Origin: Candidatus Bipolaricaulota bacterium
GTDB lineage: Bacteria > Bipolaricaulota > Bipolaricaulia > M55B111
DNA length: 49,012 nt
Assembly (NCBI GenBank): GCA_021735185.1
Contig: JAIPHN010000001.1
Location: 1-49,012, forward strand
Direction: 5' to 3'
How positions within the stretch are numbered: the first letter of the stretch is position 1; every line of letters starts with the position of its first letter. The position numbers and the translations under genes were made by a program. Positions 36,353 through 43,601 of this stretch are shown here, piece after piece. The notes under the pieces were generated by a model, which did not search any database, was not told the DNA's origin, and saw only the letters and a list, made by a program, of their open reading frames with translations.

Positions 36353-39027
36353 GTCTCATACCGGAAGAGCCGTCCAATGAAAGACTGCTCTTGATCGACG
36401 GTCACGCTATAATGTACCGTTCTTTCTATGCAATTCGCGGTCTGGCGACAAGCAACGGCTTTCCTACAAATGCCATTTACGGATTCTTCCAATCTCTTGA
36501 GAAGGTTCTGGAAGAGTTTCCTTCCTCACACGTGGTACTCGCGATGGATTCGAAGGGAAAGACAGTGAGACACGAAGAATTCGAGGAATACAAAGCAAAT
36601 CGCCCGGAAATGCCCGAAGGTCTGGCTCGACAAATCCCCAGAATAGAGGAAATAACCGAAGGGTTGGGTTATAGAGTAATCCGGAAGGAGGGTTATGAAG
36701 CGGACGACGTAATTGCCAAACTGGCGAACCAGGCCAGGGAGGAAGGAATGGAAGTGCTGGTATTTACCGGGGACAAGGACCTGGCTCAGCTCGTTGACGA
36801 AAACGTAAAAATCGTCGATACCGGCGATAACAATGAATTAGAGGTAATGGGACCTGAAGAAGTAAAGGAAAAATACGGCGTTCCACCTGAAAAAATGGGC
36901 GATTTCCTGGCATTAATGGGAGATACGTCGGACAACATTCCCGGCGTACCACAGGTGGGAGAGGTCCGGGCGAAGAAGCTTCTTTCACAGTTCAATTCAT
37001 TAAACGAAGTTCTGGATAACACGGAGGAAGTTTCCTCCACAAGAGTGAGAAACAACCTGGAGGAACATAAAGATCAGGCAAGACAGGGTAAAAGGCTGGT
37101 ATCGCTGAGAGAGAATTACGAGTTAGATTACGATATCAGCGAGCTGAAGACTCGCCCTCCGGAGCTGGAAAAGTTACAGGAATCCTTTAAAGAGCTGGAA
37201 CTCGCGTCTTTCCTCGAAGGTCTCGGGAGGGATGAAAGCGAAATCACCTGGGAATTGGTCGATTCAGAGGATTCTCTGGACACCCTTATAGAAGAACTGA
37301 AGGAAGCGGGTGAGTTTGCTTTCGATATAGAAACCGACGCCCTCGACCCTATTGAGGCGAACCCTGTCGCTATATCCATAGCGCTAAACGAAGAACACGG
37401 TTATTACTTACCTCTTAATCCGGATGAAGGTTCTCTGTTTTTCAGATCCGCCGTACTTGATGGATTAAAGCCCGTCCTGGAGGAGTCTTCCCTGGGAAAA
37501 ATCGGACAGAATCTCAAATTCGACGCACTGGTCCTGAAAAAGGCCGGAATCGAATTATCCGGAATCACCTTTGACTCAATGATCGCTTCTTATCTGTTGA
37601 AACCGAGTAAGCACCAGCACAGCCTGAAAGAAATTTCTAAAACTTATCTTGGTCAGTCGAAAGAGGAGTTCGGAGATCTTTTCGATGGAGACGAAGAACT
37701 CGACTTTAGTAATCTCCCGCTGGAAAAAGCGGCGCCATACGCCGTAAGCGATTCGACGGTTATCTGGGAATTGAAAAAGCCTCTCGAGGAGAAGTTGAGC
37801 GACCGGAACCAAACGGATCTCTTCACGGAAGTTGAGCTCTCACTGGTCCCGGTTCTAAGGGACATGGAATTCCACGGAATCAAGCTGGACGAAGAAAAGC
37901 TGGGTGAGGGAGAAGAAAGATTAAAGGAAAGGCTCGATTCACTCGGAGGGGAGATCGACAACCTGGCCGGCGAAGACCTGAATCCAAACTCCCCGAAGCA
38001 AGTAAGGGAAGTGCTTTTCGAGAAGCTCGAACTACCCGTAGTAGAGAGGACGAAAACCGGCCCTTCGACAAACGCAAAAGTACTGGAAGAATTATCTGAC
38101 GAGCACCCGTTACCGGAAAAGATAATAGAGTTTCGGGAGCTCAGCAAGCTGCTGAATACTTACGTCGAAACGTTACCCGAGGAAATTAACCCGAGAACTG
38201 GCAGAATCCATACTTCTTTCAACCAGACAGCGACGGCTACCGGGCGACTCTCGTCTTCCGACCCAAATCTCCAGAATATCCCAAAGGGATCACAGCTGGG
38301 GAGCGAATTAAGAAAGGCCTTTGTAGCGCCGAAAAACATGAAATTAATCGGTGCCGACTATTCCCAGGTCGAACTGCGGATACTCGCTCATCTTTCCGAA
38401 GACGAAGAACTAATGGAAACATTTGAAAAGGGAGAAGACCTTCATACCAAGACGGCAGCCGAAATTTTCGACGTAAAGAAAAGCGATGTTGATGAAAAAA
38501 TGAGGGACCGAGCAAAACGGGTAAATTTTGGTATCGTCTATGGCATAACGGAATACGGGTTATCGCGAGATCTCGGAATATCCCAGGAAGAGGCAAAAAA
38601 ATACATCGAGAGGTTCTTCAACCTGTACCCGAAAACGAGAGAGTTTATCGACCAGCTTATCGAGCTAGCTGAGAAGAACCACTACGCCGCCACGATATTT
38701 AACAGAAGAAGGTACCTCCCAAACATCAATAGCAATAACTGGCAGCAGCGGAATTACGACAGACGAAATGCCATAAATACTCCCATTCAGGGAAGCGCAG
38801 CGGACCTGATGAAGGTCGCTATGATTGACGTAAAGCAGAAACTCGACAGGGGAGAGCTTCCCGGTAAATTACTTCTCCAGATTCACGATGAACTCATCAT
38901 GGAAGTACCCGAGTCCGTAACAAAAGAAGCCCGACAGGAAATAAAAGAGACCATGGAGAATAGCCTCAAGTTAAAGACCCCCTTAAAAGTCGACGTAGAA
39001 TCCGGAGATAACTGGGGCGAGCTTTAG
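36349..39027 (+). CDS. polA: DNA polymerase I (5'-3' exonuclease, 3'-5' exonuclease and polymerase domains)
   Basis: Exo I FDIETD, motif A DYSQVELR, motif B RDRAKRVNFGIVYG, motif C QIHDEL. I prefer ATG 36349, which overlaps the ruvC TGA (ATGA). The ORF-track ATG at 36337 is possible. Confidence 0.95.
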   Translation: MSLIPEEPSNERLLLIDGHAIMYRSFYAIRGLATSNGFPTNAIYGFFQSLEKVLEEFPSSHVVLAMDSKGKTVRHEEFEEYKANRPEMPEGLARQIPRIEEITEGLGYRVIRKEGYEADDVIAKLANQAREEGMEVLVFTGDKDLAQLVDENVKIVDTGDNNELEVMGPEEVKEKYGVPPEKMGDFLALMGDTSDNIPGVPQVGEVRAKKLLSQFNSLNEVLDNTEEVSSTRVRNNLEEHKDQARQGKRLVSLRENYELDYDISELKTRPPELEKLQESFKELELASFLEGLGRDESEITWELVDSEDSLDTLIEELKEAGEFAFDIETDALDPIEANPVAISIALNEEHGYYLPLNPDEGSLFFRSAVLDGLKPVLEESSLGKIGQNLKFDALVLKKAGIELSGITFDSMIASYLLKPSKHQHSLKEISKTYLGQSKEEFGDLFDGDEELDFSNLPLEKAAPYAVSDSTVIWELKKPLEEKLSDRNQTDLFTEVELSLVPVLRDMEFHGIKLDEEKLGEGEERLKERLDSLGGEIDNLAGEDLNPNSPKQVREVLFEKLELPVVERTKTGPSTNAKVLEELSDEHPLPEKIIEFRELSKLLNTYVETLPEEINPRTGRIHTSFNQTATATGRLSSSDPNLQNIPKGSQLGSELRKAFVAPKNMKLIGADYSQVELRILAHLSEDEELMETFEKGEDLHTKTAAEIFDVKKSDVDEKMRDRAKRVNFGIVYGITEYGLSRDLGISQEEAKKYIERFFNLYPKTREFIDQLIELAEKNHYAATIFNRRRYLPNINSNNWQQRNYDRRNAINTPIQGSAADLMKVAMIDVKQKLDRGELPGKLLLQIHDELIMEVPESVTKEARQEIKETMENSLKLKTPLKVDVESGDNWGEL

Positions 39028-39099
39028 TTCCATTCTCCCCAAGCTCTCATAACACCCCGGATTGTACTTAAACTCCTGGGCTATACTCCTGCCCTAATC

Positions 39100-39376
39100 C
39101 AATACCTTACATTTGAGGTAAACACTTAAGATGAGACGAGGGGATAGTCCTGATAATTACCTGAGTTTTATCGGAAAGTTCTGATGAAACCCGCTCCCAA
39201 AATTAGGCGATCCAGGTTTTCAGCACGGAATTTTCTTATACTCCCGCACAATGGTTGTTGTAGTGATTGGCGTTATCGTGGATCAAGCAAACATTCTCCA
39301 GAAGCCCCTCCCTTAGGGGAAGATAAGTTTCGCAAATACAGGAACACCAGCCATTCGGCGACGTGTTACCCTCCAT
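39100..39376 (-). pseudogene. Possible relic of a mariner/IS630-superfamily (DDE_3-like) transposase C-terminus, broken by stops and a frameshift
   Basis: Minus-strand translation gives ...LLENVCLIHDNANHY... (compare mariner (L/H)HDNA(R/S).H). About 23 codons downstream in another frame it gives KPGSPNFGSGFHQNFPIKLR (compare PPYSPDLAPSD(F/Y)HLFPK(L/I)K). It is short and recognised by eye only. Confidence 0.35.
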
Positions 39377-39522
39377 AGTTCAATGACCCCGTGGGAGGAT
39401 GTTTCGCAATTTACACGGCCTTCTCCCCCTTAATACGGAAGCAATAGCCTGGGGGATAGTGAAAAAGTAGATTTGTAAAATGAACGGGGAAAAATGTATT
39501 ATTATTTTCCGGGATATATAAG

Positions 39523-40968
39523 ATGAAAGATAAAACAATTTCTCTTTGGCAGGAGATCAAAAAAATTCTAAAAAAGGAGCTACCGGAGGCAAGTTTCGAG
39601 ACCTGGGTTGGTAACTTAGAGCTCATTGACCTCCAGGATGGCCGAATTGAACTGGCCGCTCCCAGTGGTTTTATCAAGAGGGGACTGGAGCAGCGCTATC
39701 TGGATCTGATAAATTCGAAAGTAAACGAGATAACTGGAGAACCAAAGGAGGTAGTAATTCAGGTGGCGGAGGCTTCAGGGTCCCCCGGGAACGGCAGTGA
39801 ACCGGCTCAAAATGGAGAACAGGACCTCCAACCTCCCCCAGTCAGTCAGGACGAAAACCCGTACAAAAATTCTACAGCACAGGCCTCCCAGGGGGTCAAT
39901 AGCTCGCCTCAAACGAACTCAAACAGCGGAAACAAGAACGGAAGCATAGCACTGAACAAGCAATACACTTTTAATACTTTCGTCAAAAGCAAGAGCAACC
40001 AATTGGCAAATGCTGCCAGCAGAGCAGTTGCGGAAGCCCCGGCTGATTCTTACAACCCGCTCTTTCTTTACTCCAAAGTAGGGCTTGGCAAAACCCACCT
40101 TCTTCACTCAATTGGAAACTACCTAACGCAACAGAACCCGGGAGGTGAGGTGGTCTACACTACCTCCGAAAGGTTTGCGATCGAAATGATCCAGGCCATA
40201 AGAGAAAACGAAACGGATCAGTTTAGAAAGAAATACAGGTCAGTCAAAGCCTTTCTTCTTGACGACGTCCAATTCCTAGAAAGCAAGGAAGGGACACAGG
40301 AAGAGCTTTTTCATACTTTCAACGAACTCTACGGGAATGGAAAACAAATCGTATTAACTTCCGATAGACCACCTCAGGAATTCTCCGACCTGCAGGATCG
40401 CCTCGTTTCACGCTTCCGCTGGGGTCTTGTAGCTGATATCCAGCCACCAAACTTCGAGACAAGAGTAGCAATATTACGAAAGAAAGCAACTCAGAAAGGC
40501 TTGAAAGTTGATGACGAAGTTCTGGAATTGATAGCTGCAAGAATCTCCACCAACGTACGAGCTCTCGAGGGGGCGTTAGTAAAGGCCGTGGCCCACGCGA
40601 ACCTTGCCGGGGGAAAGTTAAAGCTCGAAGAAGTAAAGAGTTTTCTCCCGAAAGAAGACGAAGAAGCCGGGGAATTAACGGTAACAGCTATAAAGGAAGC
40701 CGTTTCCGAAAATTATGATTTAACCCTGGAGAAAATCGAGGGCAAGAGTCGAAAGAAGGAGATAGCACGAGCACGCCATATAGCTATTTACCTGGCACGT
40801 GAGTTAACCGATAATTCCTTCCCCGCTCTAGGCAAGAAGTTCGGCGGGCGCGATCATAGTACGGTTATGCATTCTCATAAGAAAATTGACGGGATGATTG
40901 AGGATACGCCACTTCTTTACGAAGAGATAAAAGAGTTAAAAGAAGAGATCAAGTCGAACTACAGTTAA
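39523..40968 (+). CDS. dnaA: Chromosomal replication initiator protein DnaA
   Basis: Domain I (WQEIKKILKKELPEASFETWV), a ~70-aa low-complexity linker, AAA+ Walker A SKVGLGKTHL, Walker B LLDDVQFL, and a domain IV signature (ARHIAIYLARELTDNSFPALGKKFGGRDHSTVMHS). Confidence 0.95.
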   Translation: MKDKTISLWQEIKKILKKELPEASFETWVGNLELIDLQDGRIELAAPSGFIKRGLEQRYLDLINSKVNEITGEPKEVVIQVAEASGSPGNGSEPAQNGEQDLQPPPVSQDENPYKNSTAQASQGVNSSPQTNSNSGNKNGSIALNKQYTFNTFVKSKSNQLANAASRAVAEAPADSYNPLFLYSKVGLGKTHLLHSIGNYLTQQNPGGEVVYTTSERFAIEMIQAIRENETDQFRKKYRSVKAFLLDDVQFLESKEGTQEELFHTFNELYGNGKQIVLTSDRPPQEFSDLQDRLVSRFRWGLVADIQPPNFETRVAILRKKATQKGLKVDDEVLELIAARISTNVRALEGALVKAVAHANLAGGKLKLEEVKSFLPKEDEEAGELTVTAIKEAVSENYDLTLEKIEGKSRKKEIARARHIAIYLARELTDNSFPALGKKFGGRDHSTVMHSHKKIDGMIEDTPLLYEEIKELKEEIKSNYS

Positions 40969-41103
40969 ACAAAGAATAGGGCAACTTTGGACTCTCGAGA
41001 TTTATTTTTTCTTCAACTTTTATGCAAAACTTGCCTAAAACCCCTTTCGCAGATAATTTATGCAGAAAAATGATACTAAAAATCTTTTATGGATTAAGTT
41101 AAA

Positions 41104-41448
41104 CCTAATTTAAGGCGGTTTGGACAGGTTAGCTGAAAGTTCAGTGGTATTTACAATTTTTATTTTGCAAGCAAGACTTGGTCCATCACCCAGATGAGAT
41201 CCGGAACCTGGATCAAGAGTTTTTACTTCACTAGTGTATGGGCTGCCACGCTCGTTCAGTGGTAAATTATATTTCCAGGTAACTTTTCTCATCTGGGTGC
41301 TGGTTGAAAGTTTCGAGAAAGAAAGTTGGCCTGAACCTTTTAGAGGTCACCAACTGGGTGAAGTAATTAGATTTCTCAAAGGGTATATAGTTCATCTTAT
41401 ATATCCATTTAGAAGTTGGTCATGAGTGAGAGAATCGCACAACTTAGG
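41104..41448 (-). mobile_element. MITE-like element, copy 2 (345 bp), inverted relative to copy 1
   Basis: The reverse complement aligns with 14372..14715. The 5-bp direct repeat TTAAA is exact at 41099..41103 and 41449..41453. It sits 135 nt after the dnaA stop and about 160 nt upstream of the next gene. Confidence 0.8.
41183..41303. repeat. Core module of copy 2: inverted repeats CCATCACCCAGATGAG / CTCATCTGGGTGCTGG (15/16) flanking 89 bp
   Basis: IR at 41183..41198 and 41288..41303. The interior 41199..41287 is 75/89 identical to 14533..14621 when aligned plus to plus. Confidence 0.75.
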
Positions 41449-41611
41449 TTAAAATTATCACCAATTAGAAAGCAAAATTATTCATTTGAACCTTCCCTCC
41501 AGGCGCTATATGATTTCAGAGAATTTGGAGCTAAAACATAGTTCGACGGCATAGCATTATAGCTTTCATGTTAAATCGTCATCTTAACTCAGGAATTAAC
41601 AGGTGATAAAA

Positions 41612-41854
41612 ATGTCAAAAACCAGTGAGATAACCGTACCGGAACTCGGAAAGGTAGATGAGGTCAGTCTGGTCGAATGGAAAGTTTCAATCGGTGATGA
41701 GGTCCAGAAAGGCACTGAGGTCGCTGAAATCGAAACCATGAAATCAACGTTTTCCGTTGAAGCTAAGACCGCTGGAACCGTCGGAAAGATTCTCGTTGAA
41801 CAGGGGGAAAAGGCGGACGTAAGTCAACCACTGGCTATCGTGGAATCACGTTAA
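41612..41854 (+). CDS. Stand-alone lipoyl/biotinyl attachment domain protein (~80 aa)
   Basis: Overall E2 lipoyl-domain pattern (ITVPELGKVDEVSLVEWKVSIGDEVQKG..VAEIETMKSTFSVEA..G.V..I.V..G). I prefer ATG 41612, preceded by AGGTGA; the GTG at 41603 is possible. Confidence 0.7.
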   Translation: MSKTSEITVPELGKVDEVSLVEWKVSIGDEVQKGTEVAEIETMKSTFSVEAKTAGTVGKILVEQGEKADVSQPLAIVESR

Positions 41855-41992
41855 ATTTGACCAGGTATGGTGAAAAATTACGACAATCAAACTCCAGTCA
41901 GTCTGTTTTCTCGAACTGGCTAACCAACTAATTGACCTACACGGCCGATTTACTTATTATTGGTTTTGAAGATGTGCTAAAAATGACAGGGT

Positions 41993-42019
41993 TTGACATT
42001 CGTTCAAAAAGGATATAAT
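41993..42019 (+). promoter_or_regulatory. Candidate promoter for the nucleoside ABC operon: TTGACA, 15-nt spacer, TATAAT
   Basis: Both hexamers are perfect (41993..41998 and 42014..42019), but the 15-nt spacer is short. It would give a ~280-nt leader before ATG 42309. Confidence 0.3.
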
Positions 42020-42308
42020 TATCTGACTTAGCCAATTTACTATGTAATTTCTCTCGGTTTGTGGAGGGGTAAACAGAGAGAAAGCAAGGGAGAAGCTAGC
42101 TTTCAAAACCCGTTTTTCAGAAATTAATTTATGAAAAATTATTCTAGGATAAATTTCGTCTTTAAACAAGGACGGGTAATATTTAACCATAAGTTTGTTT
42201 CTTCTCGTTTCTTTTGGGGGTGATCCAATAAAGCTTTTTGTCAGGTGGTTGGTCTTAGCCTTATCTGGAGTATTATCTAATTAACTTCCCGCACAAAGGA
42301 GGGAAACA

Positions 42309-43508
42309 ATGAGATTAAATCGCAAATTTTTAGTTACAATCTCAGTCGTTCTCAGTATCGCATTGGTCTCCGGATTTGTTTTTACTAGTTTTGCACAGGA
42401 TAGCGACAAAACCTATCGAATTGGACTGGTTTTTGATGTAGGTGGAAAGGGTGACAAGAGCTTTAACGACTCCGCTTATCGTGGACTGGAATGGGCAAAG
42501 AACGGAAGTGACGAATTTGAGAATTTCGAAGCTCTGCCGATCAACTTCACTACCATAGAACCTGGCTCCGGTGGAGCAGGACGTGCAGACGCAATGAGGA
42601 TGATGGCTTCTCAGGGCTTCGATCTGGTTATCGGGGTAGGCTTCCTGTTTACCGACGCCGCGACGGATCTCGCTAGAAACTTCCCCAATGTCAACTTCGC
42701 CGTTGTGGACTATGCTCAATTTGAGAATATCCCATCAAACCTGAGAGGACTTTCCTTTGCCGAACACGAAGGTTCCTTCCTGGTTGGAGCCCTTGCCGCA
42801 ATGAAATCAGAAACAAGAAAAATCGGTTTCGTCGGTGGTCAGAAATCTCCGTTAATCGGGAAATTTGAAGCAGGGTTCAAATCAGGTGCCTGGTACGTTA
42901 ATCCCGATCTGGAAATTTCTGTCAATTACGTGGGCACGACCGGTGAAGCCTTCGCCAACCCGGCCAAAGGAAAGGAAATAGCAAAAGCCATGTACAGCAA
43001 TGACGTGGACGTAATCTACCACGCGGCGGGCCTTTCCGGTTCAGGCGTAATTGAAGCCGCAGCCGAGACGGGTAACTACGCGATCGGCGTTGACTCCGAT
43101 CAGGATTACATGGCTCCGGGGCACGTGTTAACCAGCATGCTCAAGCGCGTAGATGTCTCAGTTTATCAGACAATTAGAGACGTAGTAGAGGGCGATTTCG
43201 AAGGAGGCACGGTCAAATCATTTGGACCGGAGGATAATGGTGTCGGTTACGCAGTTGACGTCTTCAACCGTGTTGAAGAGTTCCCGGAATTGGTCGAACA
43301 ACTGGAGAACGAAGGTATTGTCAAGCTGCCCGCACTAGGCGAGACACAAATTTCACCCAAGCGGATAGATCAACTTCCGAGCGAAAACCTCTTAACCGAC
43401 AGCATGCTAGCAAGAGTAGAAGAGCTAAAGAGTCAGTTGGTAGATGGCGAATTCACGGTACCATCCGATCCCGAGGAAGTCTCGGCCGAGGAACCGGTCA
43501 AACGATAG
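42309..43508 (+). CDS. BMP family (PnrA/Med-like) ABC substrate-binding protein, probably nucleoside-binding
   Basis: Signal peptide, then IGLVFDVGGKGDKSFNDSAY and GVDSDQ motifs typical of BMP/PnrA proteins. AAGGAGGG lies ahead of the ATG. Confidence 0.9.
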   Translation: MRLNRKFLVTISVVLSIALVSGFVFTSFAQDSDKTYRIGLVFDVGGKGDKSFNDSAYRGLEWAKNGSDEFENFEALPINFTTIEPGSGGAGRADAMRMMASQGFDLVIGVGFLFTDAATDLARNFPNVNFAVVDYAQFENIPSNLRGLSFAEHEGSFLVGALAAMKSETRKIGFVGGQKSPLIGKFEAGFKSGAWYVNPDLEISVNYVGTTGEAFANPAKGKEIAKAMYSNDVDVIYHAAGLSGSGVIEAAAETGNYAIGVDSDQDYMAPGHVLTSMLKRVDVSVYQTIRDVVEGDFEGGTVKSFGPEDNGVGYAVDVFNRVEEFPELVEQLENEGIVKLPALGETQISPKRIDQLPSENLLTDSMLARVEELKSQLVDGEFTVPSDPEEVSAEEPVKR

Positions 43509-43531
43509 ATGTGAACCGATGGAAAATACTA

Positions 43532-43570
43532 AGAGGACCCGGCAATCCTTTTCCGGGTCCTCTTTTTGTT
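43532..43570 (+). terminator. Intra-operon intrinsic terminator/attenuator after the binding-protein gene
   Basis: Perfect 11-bp stem AGAGGACCCGG (43532..43542) / CCGGGTCCTCT (43553..43563), a 10-nt loop, then TTTTGTT. Confidence 0.6.
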
Positions 43571-43601
43571 ATGTTTAGAGAAGAGCGAGAGGGGGTTTAT
43601 A

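Noticed and set aside
39093-39209. CCTAAT ... AATTAGG pair resembling the MITE termini in the polA-dnaA spacer
   Set aside because: Only 6 bp are shared, there is no target duplication, and there is no internal similarity to the element.
39184-39378. 64-aa plus-strand ORF in the polA-dnaA spacer, and the 88-aa minus-strand ORF at 39411..39677
   Set aside because: The first lies antisense to the putative transposase relic and has an odd Arg/Cys-rich composition. The second is antisense to the dnaA 5' end.
40969-41103. Repeated TTTATGCA(A/G)A and TTTATGGAT motifs after dnaA as possible DnaA boxes
   Set aside because: They match the TTATCCACA consensus at 6-7 of 9 positions in an AT-rich spacer, which is not distinguishable from chance by eye.
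41957-42190. 77-aa minus-strand ORF in the leader of the nucleoside ABC operon
   Set aside because: It is AT-rich, has no ribosome-binding site, has an atypical Ile/Phe/Leu-rich composition, and overlaps the candidate promoter. It is probably spurious.
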